Below are positions 17,255 to 27,235 of a stretch of 64,000 nucleotides of DNA, piece after piece. Position 1 is the first letter of the stretch. Each line of letters begins with the position of its first letter. This DNA comes from an uncultured Christensenella sp. (GTDB lineage: Bacteria > Bacillota > Clostridia > Christensenellales > UBA1242), in assembly GCA_949294455.1 (NCBI GenBank), contig CASFHD010000003.1, forward strand, positions 8,219 to 72,218, read 5' to 3'. The notes beneath the pieces were generated by a model. That model ran no database searches. It was not told the origin of the DNA and saw only the letters and a list, made by a program, of their open reading frames with translations. A program made the translations under genes and the position numbers.

Positions 17255-18235
17255 ATGGTTGAAATAGGTTTAAAATTAGGCTCAAATGAGATTGTTTTAA
17301 CAAGAAAAGGACAAGGGATTATAGCTAGAGAATCTTGTGTCGTCGCTTTAAAAATTATAGGCTTTCTACCTATTATTAAGGCAGTTGGCAATAAGGCTAT
17401 TGAATTATCTAAAAATGATAAAAATGTAGTTTTGTATTCTCCTATTCAGGCAGGTAAAATAACTAATATAAAATATTTATCTAATTTATTAAAAAAAATG
17501 TTTTCTCAATACATTGTGGGTAATAGTTTTCGTTTGATTGTAACAGTTAGTGTACCTTCTGGTTATGATATTGAAACTTTAATTTTGTTAGAAAAAGAAT
17601 TATATCAAGCAGGCGCTAATAAAGTTAAATTTGTTCAAAATGCTCTGTGTGCAAGGGCTTGTATATCTAATTTATCAGATGATGACATTAGTATGGTTGT
17701 TGATATAGGTAAATATATAACAGATATTGTAGTGTTGAACGGCAAAAAAATATTTTCAGGTAGAACTTATGAAATTGGTGGTGAAGATATTAATAAAAAC
17801 ATTGTTGATTTTGTATTTGATAATTTTGGACTCAAAATTGATAACTATGTAGCAGAAAAATTAAAAATCGAATTATCTACTTTATACAAATATGATAATA
17901 ATTCTATAAGTTTTTACGGCATTAATAAAGACGGCAAGTTGCAAAAGGCAAATATGACTAGTTCTAGCATACAATTAACATTGAAAAACACTATAGATGA
18001 TATATTGTCACTAATAGACTTATATATTTCTAATATGCCAGACGAAACAAAAAAACAAATAAAAAGAAATGGTATTTTGTTTGTTGGGGGAGTTACAAAT
18101 ATTAGTGGATTTTTAGAATATGCAAAAGAAAAAATTTCCTATCCAATTTTTACTGGTGAAATAGGCGAAAATGTAATTGCTAATGGTTTAGACAAAATTG
18201 TAAAATCAGGCGCAAACTTTTATATTGATTGGTAG
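17255..18235 (+). CDS. divergent MreB/actin-like protein
   Basis: Collinear with MreB (...VV.VP.G....E......AGA..V.....P.....; VVDIG...T...V; GG..I). Sits at the mreB position upstream of minD. The ATP-binding glycines are lost. Confidence 0.65.
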   Translation: MVEIGLKLGSNEIVLTRKGQGIIARESCVVALKIIGFLPIIKAVGNKAIELSKNDKNVVLYSPIQAGKITNIKYLSNLLKKMFSQYIVGNSFRLIVTVSVPSGYDIETLILLEKELYQAGANKVKFVQNALCARACISNLSDDDISMVVDIGKYITDIVVLNGKKIFSGRTYEIGGEDINKNIVDFVFDNFGLKIDNYVAEKLKIELSTLYKYDNNSISFYGINKDGKLQKANMTSSSIQLTLKNTIDDILSLIDLYISNMPDETKKQIKRNGILFVGGVTNISGFLEYAKEKISYPIFTGEIGENVIANGLDKIVKSGANFYIDW

Positions 18236-18269
18236 AAAAAAGCACTTATATTGTCGAAGTGCTTTTTTC
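18236..18269 (+). terminator. rho-independent terminator
   Basis: Stem agcactt/aagtgct followed by a T run. Confidence 0.65.
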
Positions 18270-18327
18270 TTATTTTTGTTAGTTTACGAATGTAGAGTTT
18301 TTTTTTAAAATATAAAAAAGGCGGAAT

Positions 18328-19125
18328 ATGGCAAGAGTTATTGTTATAACATCAGGGAAGGGTGGAGTAGGAAAAACTACAATATGCGCTAATGTTGGTA
18401 TGCATTTAGCAAAAAAAAATTTGCGCACTCTTTTGATTGATATGGATATAGGTCTTAATAATTTAGATGTGGCGTTGGGACTTGAAGATAAAATTACATT
18501 TACACTTACAGATTATGTGGAGTCTAGATGCAGATTAAGACAATGTTTAGTCCAAGATGATGATTATCCAATTTTATATATGGTATCAAGCGGGAATTTT
18601 AACTTTAATTTTAATTTTTCTATGGACTCTATGAAATCAATTTTAAATGAATTCAAAGATATGTTCGATTATATTTTAATAGATTGTCCAGCGGGAATAG
18701 ATGCAGGTTTTGCACGCGCTTGTCGGTTCGCAGATGAAGCAATTATCGTTACAACCTCACACTTAAGTGCGTTAAAAGATGCTGATATTGTTATTAATAT
18801 TTTACAAGGATATAACATAACAGATTTAAAATTCGTATTAAATAGAGTTAGAGGAGATTTAGTTTTAGATAAAGTTATGTTAGATGTTTATGATATTCAA
18901 AAAGCATTAAACATTGAATTTTTAGGTGTGTTGCCTGAAGATGATAAAGTATCATTTGCATCAATTAGGGAAATCAAAAATATAAATTCTAAATGTGCTC
19001 TAGATAGAGCTTTTGATACACTGACTGAAAATTTAGTAACGGGTAGCAAAAAATTGTTTGATTGTACTTATAAATATAAAGGGGTTTTAGGCGGAATAAA
19101 GAAGTATTTAAAAAGAAAAACTTAA
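18328..19125 (+). CDS. minD: septum site-determining ATPase MinD
   Basis: Deviant Walker A SGKGGVGKTT, IDCPAGI motif and a C-terminal amphipathic helix GGIKKYLKRK. Confidence 0.9.
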   Translation: MARVIVITSGKGGVGKTTICANVGMHLAKKNLRTLLIDMDIGLNNLDVALGLEDKITFTLTDYVESRCRLRQCLVQDDDYPILYMVSSGNFNFNFNFSMDSMKSILNEFKDMFDYILIDCPAGIDAGFARACRFADEAIIVTTSHLSALKDADIVINILQGYNITDLKFVLNRVRGDLVLDKVMLDVYDIQKALNIEFLGVLPEDDKVSFASIREIKNINSKCALDRAFDTLTENLVTGSKKLFDCTYKYKGVLGGIKKYLKRKT

Positions 19126-19321
19126 TCAAACATTGTTAATGACTAAAATTAATTAATATATAAATAATCTAAAATTATAAAAAATACTACATTTTTATTA
19201 TTATTTTTAAATTTTTATGCAATTTTATATAATTTTTTTATTTTTTTCAATTGCTGTTGTAAAAATTTTAATGAATATTAAAAAACTTTAAAAATAAAAA
19301 TGTAAATTTATAAGGTGAAAT

Positions 19322-19540
19322 ATGGAAATAGATAGATTAAAAAACTTAATAGATGTAAAAAACAAATTGCCAAAAAATATTTGTGAACTAATTAAAAGTG
19401 ATATATTTTATTTACTAAACAACTATGTAAATGTAAAATTTGAAAATATTAAGATAGACATAGATTCAAATGAATTTAATGAGATAAACATTAATATTTC
19501 AGCAATAGGGGACAAGTTGCGTCTTTTTCGTAATATATAA
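19322..19540 (+). CDS. minE: MinE-like topological specificity factor, N-terminally short
   Basis: Position after minD. DRLKNLI..... and ELIKSDIFYLLNNYVNV..ENIKIDI align with clostridial MinE as I recall it. AAGGTGA RBS. Confidence 0.5.
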   Translation: MEIDRLKNLIDVKNKLPKNICELIKSDIFYLLNNYVNVKFENIKIDIDSNEFNEININISAIGDKLRLFRNI

Positions 19541-19563
19541 AAATTTGTAGAATATATTATAAT

Positions 19564-20379
19564 ATGTTTAAAGTTAAATATAGGGTGGGATTTAGTTTTT
19601 TTCTACTTATATTATTTTGTGTATTTTGCGGTAGATTTATTTTATTGATAAATTATTTTTTTGCACTATATTTACACGAAATGGCACATCTGTGGGTTGC
19701 AAAAAAACGGGGATATAATATAGATTATTTTGATTTGAATATATTTGGATTTTCTATTAAGTTAAGCAATAAGATAAAAAAAGATGATGAATTTATAATA
19801 GCTGTTGCAGGACCTATTGCAAATCTTTTTATGATGGTATTGCTTTGTGCGTTGTGGTGGATTTTCCCTAGCATTCACGCTTTAACTATTGATTTCTTTT
19901 ATTGCAATATGGTGCTAGCCTTGTTTAATATGTTACCTATAGAACCTTTAGATGGTTATAAGGTGCTTGATGGAATTTCAAATAAAAACAAAAAAAAGTC
20001 TAAAATTTTTAAAATATTTATAAATTTAGCGTTTATTTTGTTGTTTTTAATATTATTTTTGTTAAATTTGAAGTATTATGTAAATTTCTTTTATATAGTA
20101 ATTATTGTGTTTTTTGTATTAAATATCTTTAAAATCATTAAAGATAATAGTTTTAATATAAATAGTTTACATTTGAAAACAGAAAAGGTATTAAAAGTAG
20201 AGCAGGTAAAAGTGCCAACAGATATTACCTTATATAATTGCTTTAAAATGTTAAAAGAAGACACATTTACAATTTTTATATTAAATAATTTAAATGTAAG
20301 ATTCATAGATGAAAATCAGTTAATAGAATTATTAAAAAAATACCCATCTACTGAAATGCTTAAAGACTGCTTAGATTAA
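19564..20379 (+). CDS. spoIVFB: M50 site-2 metalloprotease, SpoIVFB-like
   Basis: HEMAH (HExxH) inside a TM helix, NMLPIEPLDG (NxxPxxxLDG), multiple TM segments and a C-terminal soluble domain. Located downstream of min genes, as spoIVFB is in B. subtilis. Confidence 0.7.
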   Translation: MFKVKYRVGFSFFLLILFCVFCGRFILLINYFFALYLHEMAHLWVAKKRGYNIDYFDLNIFGFSIKLSNKIKKDDEFIIAVAGPIANLFMMVLLCALWWIFPSIHALTIDFFYCNMVLALFNMLPIEPLDGYKVLDGISNKNKKKSKIFKIFINLAFILLFLILFLLNLKYYVNFFYIVIIVFFVLNIFKIIKDNSFNINSLHLKTEKVLKVEQVKVPTDITLYNCFKMLKEDTFTIFILNNLNVRFIDENQLIELLKKYPSTEMLKDCLD

Positions 20380-20820
20380 CGTTTGTTTGAATTTGAATTA
20401 ATCTGGAAAAATCTATTAATAAGCAGACGGAAATAGTTTTTAAATTTAAATGTTAATATTTATGTATTTAACTTAAAAATTTTTAAAATGAATTTTTAGA
20501 TTAAGTTTTGTTTGAATTTAGATTAATTTGGTTAAATCTATTAATGAATAGAAATTAATTATAAGATCAAATGATGTTTATAATGAACTTTATAAATTTT
20601 GATAAATTATTTAGATTGATATTTATATTAATTTGATTTAATCTGTTAATAAATATGATTACTTAATGATTTGAATGATATTTATGTACTTAATTTAAAA
20701 ATTTTTAAAATGAATTTTTAGATTAATGTTTGTTTGAATTTAGATTAATTTGGTTAAATCTATTAATAAATAAAAATTAATTTTAAATTCAAATGTTAAT
20801 ATTTATATATTTAACTATTC
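20371..20820. repeat. four imperfect tandem copies of a ~105-125-bp unit starting at the spoIVFB stop codon
   Basis: Units begin ttagatta(a/g)... at 20371, 20497, 20612 and 20719. Each has the internal imperfect palindrome tagattaa-tttgg-ttaaatcta. Confidence 0.8.
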
Positions 20821-20941
20821 AAAGTTGTTAATAAATTCTTCAAAATTCTTAATAATTCTACTCAGGAATAAAACTTTCCTATTAATACACCACTATATGT
20901 ATTAATAGGCAAGTTAAAATTATACAATATATAGTAAAAAA

Positions 20942-21015
20942 TGGAGCGGGTGAAGGGAATCGAACCCTCGTAACTAGCTTGGAAGGCTAGCGCTCTACCA
21001 TTGAGCTACACCCGC
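20942..21015 (-). tRNA. tRNA-Gly (anticodon UCC)
   Basis: The reverse complement folds as a cloverleaf with anticodon loop cuUCCaa, GGTTCGATTCC T-arm and encoded CCA. Confidence 0.9.
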
Positions 21016-21125
21016 ATATAATGTTTTTTTTGATTACTTTCATATTCTAGCATAAGTGTATTAGTCTAGTCAACAGGTTTTTTTTATTTTTTTATAACTT
21101 TTTTTTAAAATTTTATAAAAAATGC

Positions 21126-21154
21126 TTGAAATATGTAAAACTTTGTGGTAATAT
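21126..21154 (+). promoter_or_regulatory. candidate sigma-A promoter of the tRNA operon: TTGAAA, 17 nt, TGgTAATAT
   Basis: Consensus-like hexamers with an extended -10, ~18 nt upstream of tRNA-Lys. Confidence 0.5.
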
Positions 21155-21171
21155 AAAATCGCTTGTGATAT

Positions 21172-21247
21172 GATCCATTAGCTCAGTTGGTAGAGCACGT
21201 GACTTTTAATCACGGTGTCCCGGGTTCAAGTCCCGGATGGGTCACCA
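21172..21247 (+). tRNA. tRNA-Lys (anticodon UUU)
   Basis: Cloverleaf with anticodon loop cuUUUaa, GGTTCAAGTCC T-arm and encoded CCA. Confidence 0.9.
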
Positions 21248-21250
21248 AAT

Positions 21251-21333
21251 GCGGATGTGGCGAAATTGGCAGACGCGCTAGACTTAGGATCTAGTGGGTG
21301 ACCGTGGGGGTTCAAGTCCCTTCATCCGCACCA
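21251..21333 (+). tRNA. tRNA-Leu (anticodon UAG), long variable arm
   Basis: Anticodon loop cuUAGga, long variable arm, GGTTCAAGTCC T-arm and CCA. Confidence 0.9.
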
Positions 21334-21348
21334 AGTCTAGGCTTGTAT

Positions 21349-21425
21349 GTGTCAGTAGCTCAGTTGGATAGAGCATCGCCCTTCTAAGGCGAGGGTCGGG
21401 GGTTCGAATCCCTCCTGACACACCA
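21349..21425 (+). tRNA. tRNA-Arg (anticodon UCU)
   Basis: Anticodon loop cuUCUaa, GGTTCGAATCC T-arm and CCA. Confidence 0.9.
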
Positions 21426-21438
21426 TTTTTTTAATTAT

Positions 21439-21515
21439 GGTGGACTTAGTTCAGTTGGTAGAGCGCCAGATTGTGGATCTGGTTGTCGGGGGTTCGAGTC
21501 CCTTAGTCCACCCCA
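21439..21515 (+). tRNA. tRNA-His (anticodon GUG) with encoded G-1
   Basis: Extra 5' G pairs with C73. Anticodon loop uuGUGga, GGTTCGAGTCC T-arm and CCA. Confidence 0.9.
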
Positions 21516-21518
21516 TTT

Positions 21519-21542
21519 AACACTACATAGTAGTGTTTTTTG
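21519..21542 (+). terminator. rho-independent terminator of the tRNA operon
   Basis: Stem aacactac/gtagtgtt followed by a T run. Confidence 0.65.
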
Positions 21543-22273
21543 TTTTATTCATATAGATTATTTATTATATCTTCATATTTAATTTGTAGCGTTAATATTA
21601 TTATGTAATGATGTAATAATTTTTTTAAGTATTAATATTATACTATTAATTTGTTGTAATAGTTGTAATAATATATTAAATTATAAATTAGTTTAATGTT
21701 ATTTATATAATATATAACCTTATCTTTATGATGCATACAATTAATATCTAAAAGAGTTTCAAATTGATTAATTTAATTAATGTATTTTTGAATAAAAATA
21801 ATAAATTAAAAATTTAGCAATTTTTTGTTTTGTTAATTATCGTAATTTTAAAATATTCACATTATCTGTTAGTATAAAAGAAAATGTTAAGTATATCATT
21901 AATTTTATAGATTAAATAAGCAATTTAACTATTTTTTATATGGAGGTAGTTTTACATTTGTCTTGTTAAAATATATGACTATAAATAAAATAATATAAAT
22001 TTTGTTTTAATTTTTTTATTACAAACTGACTGTAGATTTAAATAAATAAGAATTAAAAATAATAATCTAAAAGGTAATCATATATTACGTACTGTAAGCA
22101 AAATTTTGAACTAATTAGTTATTAATAGATATTATGAAAGTAATCAAAATACAAACGAAAATAAAGTATATTTTTATTTTATTATCTATTGAAAAAAAAT
22201 AAATACAAAATTTATTTGTCAAAATATTATTTTTGGGGTATTCTTAAAATAGTGTATTACTAAAAGGAGAATT

Positions 22274-24217
22274 ATGGCAACAACTTATGATAGTAATGAT
22301 TTAGTAGTTTTAGAGGGGTTAGACGCAGTAAGAATGCGTCCTGGTATGTATATTGGTACTACAGGTATTAAAGGTCTTCATCATCTACTCTGGGAAATAG
22401 TTGACAATTCTATAGATGAAGTGGCAAATGGATATGGTAACAAGATTGAAGTTATATTACACAAAGACGGAAGTGCAAGTGTTAAAGACAACGGTAGAGG
22501 AATACCTGTAAGTCCTCACCCAAAACTTAAAATAAGTGGTGTTGAAGTGGTTTTTACTCAACTTCACGCAGGTGGAAAATTTAGTGATAAAACATACAAA
22601 TATTCAGGTGGTTTACACGGCGTTGGTGCATCTGTAACAAATGCTTTAAGCAGATATTTAGAAGTAACAGTTTGTAAAGAAGGAAAGAAATATTATGCTC
22701 GTTTTGAAAGCGTTGAAAAGGCGGGCAAAGTAAAAAGTGGTATTACAATAAATCCTTTAAAAGAAATAGGAATTTCAAAAGAAAGTGGAACTTATGTAAG
22801 ATTTTTACCAGATGATAGAGTATTTAAAGATATAACATTTGATAAATCGATAGTTATGGAGCGTCTTAGAGAAAATGCTTATCTCAATAAAGGAATCAAT
22901 ATTGAATTTGAAGACGAAAGAGATGGTACAAAGGTGCAATTTTGTTATGAAGGTGGGGTAAAGGATTTTGTATCAAATCTTACAATGGATAAGAATCCTT
23001 TATTTGTGCCACCTATATACATTGAAGGCGAAGTTGAAGATACTGATGTTCAACTAGCGCTGCAGTACACTAATTCATATACCGAAAACATTTTTAGTTA
23101 TGTAAATAATATACCTACTCCAGAAGGAGGAACGCACGAAGTGGGCTTTAAAACAGCGCTCACTAAAGTTTTAAATGATTTTACAAAGAGAAACAATCTT
23201 ATAAAAGAAAAAGACATTGCTTTTATAGGCGATGATTTTAGAGAAGGTTTGACGGCGGTATTATCTATAAAAATGAAAAATGTTCAATTTGAAGGTCAAA
23301 CTAAAACTAAATTGGGAAATCCTGAAGCGAGAAGCAGAATAGAAAGTGTTTGTACTGAAAAATTAACCGATTTTTTCCTGTCAAAGAAAAATGAAAATAT
23401 AGGAAACATTATTATTGAAAAAGCAAAAGGTGCTGCAAAAGTTAGAGTTGCTGCAAAGCGAGCAAAAGATATAACTAGGTCTAAAAATTCTATAGAAGGT
23501 AGTATGCTAATAGGAAAATTGGCTTCTTGTAGCGGTAAGAATCCTGAAATTAATGAAATATTCATTGTAGAAGGAGACTCGGCAGGCGGTAGTGCAAAAC
23601 AAGGCAGAGACAGATTTTTCCAGGCAATTTTGCCACTGAGAGGGAAACCTTTAAATAGTGAAAAAAAGCGTATTGACCAAGTTTTAGCAAACGAAGAAAT
23701 TAGAACGATTATTGGCGCTTTGGGTACAGGTATTGGCGAGGATTTTAAAATTGAAAATTTGAAATATAATAAAATTATTATTTTAAGCGATGCGGATCAA
23801 GATGGTGCTCATATTAGGGCTATACTTTTGACTTTCTTTTTTAGATATATGAAAGAACTAATAACAGAAGGTCATATATATATTGGACTTCCTCCTTTAT
23901 ATAAAGTTAGCATAAAAGATGAAGATAAATATTTTTATACTGATGAAGAATTAAAAGAATTTACTTCTAAAATAACTAAATCTTATACTTTACAAAGGTA
24001 TAAAGGCTTAGGAGAGATGAATCCTGAACAATTATGGGAAACTACAATGTCTCCTAAAACTAGAAGTATGGTTAGAGTTACTATTGAAGATGCTGTAAAT
24101 GCAGATAAAATAATTTCTACTTGGATGGGTGAAGATGTTGGTCCAAGAAAAGATTATATTGTTGCAAATGCTAATTTTAACAAAGTAGATAGTTTAGCAA
24201 AAATAAAGAAGGATTAA
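22274..24217 (+). CDS. parE: type IIA topoisomerase ATPase subunit B; ParE favoured over GyrB because of its partner
   Basis: GHKL ATPase motifs ([18 protein letters not shown]), Toprim EGDSAGG and DADQDGAHI. The B subunit alone does not discriminate ParE from GyrB. Confidence 0.8.
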   Translation: MATTYDSNDLVVLEGLDAVRMRPGMYIGTTGIKGLHHLLWEIVDNSIDEVANGYGNKIEVILHKDGSASVKDNGRGIPVSPHPKLKISGVEVVFTQLHAGGKFSDKTYKYSGGLHGVGASVTNALSRYLEVTVCKEGKKYYARFESVEKAGKVKSGITINPLKEIGISKESGTYVRFLPDDRVFKDITFDKSIVMERLRENAYLNKGINIEFEDERDGTKVQFCYEGGVKDFVSNLTMDKNPLFVPPIYIEGEVEDTDVQLALQYTNSYTENIFSYVNNIPTPEGGTHEVGFKTALTKVLNDFTKRNNLIKEKDIAFIGDDFREGLTAVLSIKMKNVQFEGQTKTKLGNPEARSRIESVCTEKLTDFFLSKKNENIGNIIIEKAKGAAKVRVAAKRAKDITRSKNSIEGSMLIGKLASCSGKNPEINEIFIVEGDSAGGSAKQGRDRFFQAILPLRGKPLNSEKKRIDQVLANEEIRTIIGALGTGIGEDFKIENLKYNKIIILSDADQDGAHIRAILLTFFFRYMKELITEGHIYIGLPPLYKVSIKDEDKYFYTDEELKEFTSKITKSYTLQRYKGLGEMNPEQLWETTMSPKTRSMVRVTIEDAVNADKIISTWMGEDVGPRKDYIVANANFNKVDSLAKIKKD

Positions 24218-24218
24218 T

Positions 24219-26723
24219 GTGACTAATTTATACGGACAGATAAATATTTTTGATATGATGGGGAAAAAGAAAAAAGCAAAAAGGAGCAAAATGGACAAAA
24301 AGGCAAAGAAAATAAAAGAGGAACTTGAAAGCTCAAACGGCGTTATTTTTGAAAAAACTGTAGAATCGGTAATGCACGAAAGTATGTTGCCATATTCTGA
24401 ACATGTAATACTAGATAGAGCGCTTCCACGAGTTGAAGATGGATTAAAGCCTGTTCAAAGGCGTATTCTATACACAATGTTAGAACTTTCAAATACACCA
24501 GATAAACCTTACAGAAAATCTGCGAGAATTGTCGGAGATTGTTTAGGTAAATATCACCCACACGGCGATAGTTCGATATATGGGGCATTAGTTCGTATGG
24601 CTCAGGATTTTGTAATGGGCGGAAGACTTGTCGATGGGCACGGAAATTTTGGTTCAATTGATGGCGATAGTGCTGCTGCTATGCGTTATACTGAGGTTAG
24701 ATTAACTCCACTTGCACTAGAATTATTAAGGGATTTAGACAAAGACACTGTAACTTATAGTTTTAACTTTGATGACACATTAAAAGAACCTGATTATTTG
24801 ACAGGTAGATTTCCAAACCTTTTAGTTAACGGAGCAAGTGGTATCGCTGTAGGTCTTGCTACAAATATCCCTACACACAATTTAAACGAAGTAATTGACG
24901 CTGTTGTAGCAATGATTGATAATCCTAAAATTACTCTCGAAGAAATTTTAAACATTGTAAAAGGACCAGATTTTCCTACAGGCGGTATTGTAGAATTTAA
25001 TAAAGATTTAATTGAAGCCTATAGAACAGGTAGGGGAAAGTTTAGAGTAAGGGCAAAATTTGAAACGGAAGAACTTCCAAATGGAAAGACAAATATTATA
25101 ATTACAGAACTGCCTTATCAAGTAAACAAAGCAGAATTTTTGCAAAAAGTTAATGCTACAAAAGATAAAATAAAGGGTGAACTTTTAAATATCACAGACA
25201 TAGTAGATGAAAGTGATAAATCAGGAATGCGTGCTGTAATTACACTAAAAAAAGACACTGATGTCGATAGCGTAATTTCATTACTATTAAAACATACTGA
25301 TATGCAAATTAACTTTAATATGAACTGCGTTGCTATAGCAAATGGAAAACCTATGCTAATGGGAATAATGGATATTTTAAATTATTACATTAATTTCCAG
25401 GTAGATGTCATTTATAAACGAACAAAATATGACCTTGAAAAAGCAAAGGCAAGGGCTCATATTTTAGAAGGCTTGATGGTTGCAATTAAAAATATTGATG
25501 AAGTTATAAGCATTATTAAAACTAGTGTGTCAACTTCACAAGCAAGAGATAGGCTGATTGACAGATTTTTAATTGATGAAATTCAAGCAAATGCTATACT
25601 TGATATGCGATTATCAAAACTTACAAATCTTGAAACTACTAAACTAGAAAGAGAGTTGCAAGAACTATTAAAATTGATTGATGAGTATGAAAAAATATTG
25701 GCTTCAAGAACAAGGCAATTAAATGTTGTAAAACGAGAGATTTTAGATATTAAAAAACGATTCCCGATTAATCGAAGAACAGAAGTATCTAAGTCGTTTG
25801 AAGAATATAGTGTAACGCCTATTGAAAAAGAAGTATTAGGGGTTGAAACAACTTTGCTAGTGTCTTGCGATGGTTTAAGACTTAAAAATGTTCCTATTGC
25901 AACAATAAAAGGAAGTATTAACACTTTTGATAAATACAATTCAGTAAACGCTATGCATCTTAGTTCATTGCATATATTAAGTAATGAAGATGTTTTAATA
26001 TTTACTAATTTAGGTGAAGTTTATAAATTAAATATGTGTGATATTCCTGTTTGCAAGTTTAATTCAAAAGGAGCAACTTTATCTGAACTTACAAAAGCAG
26101 AAGTGGGCGAAAAAATCGTGGCAATATTCCCTTATAGTGAATTTGAAAAAGGTGGGGAAATATTAATGACTACTTCTAGCGGTATGGTAAAACGAACTGA
26201 AAAAAGTGAATATTTAATTACAAAATCTCAAGCAGATGCAATTAATTTAAAAGATTTAGACAGAGTGGTTTCAGTTGAAGACTACTTCAATGTTGGCAGT
26301 TTGTTGTGTGTTAGTGCAAACGGAATGGTTACAAATTCTATGCTTGATGATGTACCTGTTCAAAAAAGAGTTTCAACAGGGGTAATTGCTATGCTACTTA
26401 ATGATGGCGATAAAATTGTTTCGGCAGGCAATGTAAATCCAAATGACAAAATGATTATAATAACAGAAAAAGGTCTTGCAAAAAGAGTAAATATTAGTGA
26501 ATTCCCTGTTATGTCAAGAAGGAAAAAAGGTTTAAAAGTAGTACAAAATGATGATAAGATTTTATATGCTAAAATGCCTATTCTTGCTGGAGAAATTGTT
26601 TTACAGACAACATCGGAATTTGAAATTGTTGATATTAACAATATTGCAGTGTTACCTAGAACTTCTGCTGGCAAATCTATTTGTAAAGATAAAATTAAAT
26701 CAGTAGCACTATTTATAGATTAA
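24219..26723 (+). CDS. parC: type IIA topoisomerase subunit A; ParC-like, no GyrA box seen
   Basis: [12 protein letters not shown] and the AAMRYTE active-site Tyr region. The first C-terminal blade lacks a Q(R/K)RGGKG GyrA box. GTG start with a GAAGGA RBS right after the parE stop. Confidence 0.75.
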   Translation: MTNLYGQINIFDMMGKKKKAKRSKMDKKAKKIKEELESSNGVIFEKTVESVMHESMLPYSEHVILDRALPRVEDGLKPVQRRILYTMLELSNTPDKPYRKSARIVGDCLGKYHPHGDSSIYGALVRMAQDFVMGGRLVDGHGNFGSIDGDSAAAMRYTEVRLTPLALELLRDLDKDTVTYSFNFDDTLKEPDYLTGRFPNLLVNGASGIAVGLATNIPTHNLNEVIDAVVAMIDNPKITLEEILNIVKGPDFPTGGIVEFNKDLIEAYRTGRGKFRVRAKFETEELPNGKTNIIITELPYQVNKAEFLQKVNATKDKIKGELLNITDIVDESDKSGMRAVITLKKDTDVDSVISLLLKHTDMQINFNMNCVAIANGKPMLMGIMDILNYYINFQVDVIYKRTKYDLEKAKARAHILEGLMVAIKNIDEVISIIKTSVSTSQARDRLIDRFLIDEIQANAILDMRLSKLTNLETTKLERELQELLKLIDEYEKILASRTRQLNVVKREILDIKKRFPINRRTEVSKSFEEYSVTPIEKEVLGVETTLLVSCDGLRLKNVPIATIKGSINTFDKYNSVNAMHLSSLHILSNEDVLIFTNLGEVYKLNMCDIPVCKFNSKGATLSELTKAEVGEKIVAIFPYSEFEKGGEILMTTSSGMVKRTEKSEYLITKSQADAINLKDLDRVVSVEDYFNVGSLLCVSANGMVTNSMLDDVPVQKRVSTGVIAMLLNDGDKIVSAGNVNPNDKMIIITEKGLAKRVNISEFPVMSRRKKGLKVVQNDDKILYAKMPILAGEIVLQTTSEFEIVDINNIAVLPRTSAGKSICKDKIKSVALFID

Positions 26724-26746
26724 TATATTTATATCTTAACTATTAT

Positions 26747-26773
26747 AAAACTCTATTTAATAGAGTTTTTTTT
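26747..26773 (+). terminator. rho-independent terminator
   Basis: Stem aaaactcta/tagagtttt followed by a T run. Confidence 0.7.
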
Positions 26774-27013
26774 ATTTTAACCATAAAGTTTTTTCTTTTT
26801 GATTTGTAATTTTTATTATTCTAAATTGTTTTATAGTTGAATATTTTTATTTTTTGATTAACCTTAATTAATTGCATAAAGTTTATTTATAGTTTAATTA
26901 TCTATATATTTGAATATATAATTTTAAATAAATATATATAGATATAATAAAATTACATTGTAAATTTGTTTTTGATTTTTTATTATTAATAATTTTTTTA
27001 TTAGGTTTTACTA

Positions 27014-27071
27014 ATATATTCAATTTGTTTTCATTAATATATTCAATCTTAATTTAATTCATATATTCAAT
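27014..27071. repeat. three direct ATATATTCAAT repeats spaced 23-24 bp
   Basis: Copies start at 27014, 27037 and 27061. Confidence 0.5.
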
Positions 27072-27235
27072 TTGATTTTAATTTAATTAGATTTTTTTAT
27101 ATACATTTTTAAAAAGGTAACTAGAAATAGTTAATATTGATAATTTTACATATAACTAAAATTTTCGACTTTTATTTTAGTATGACTTAATTTTTTTGTA
27201 ACAAACTAAGTATATAATTTTTTTTTGAGGGAATT

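Noticed and set aside
17179-17391. 70-aa minus-strand ORF overlapping the mreB-like start
   Set aside because: It is the antisense shadow of a gene with clear MreB collinearity, and it has no RBS.
20371-20820. CRISPR array?
   Set aside because: The units are ~105-125 bp, contiguous and mutually homologous along their whole length. There is no alternation of short conserved repeats with unique spacers, and no cas genes are in the window.
22274-26723. Calling the pair gyrB-gyrA
   Set aside because: The A subunit's C-terminal domain shows no GyrA-box (Q(R/K)RGGKG) in the first blade, and the locus is not next to dnaA/dnaN/recF. ParE/ParC is favoured but not proven. The B subunit alone is ambiguous.
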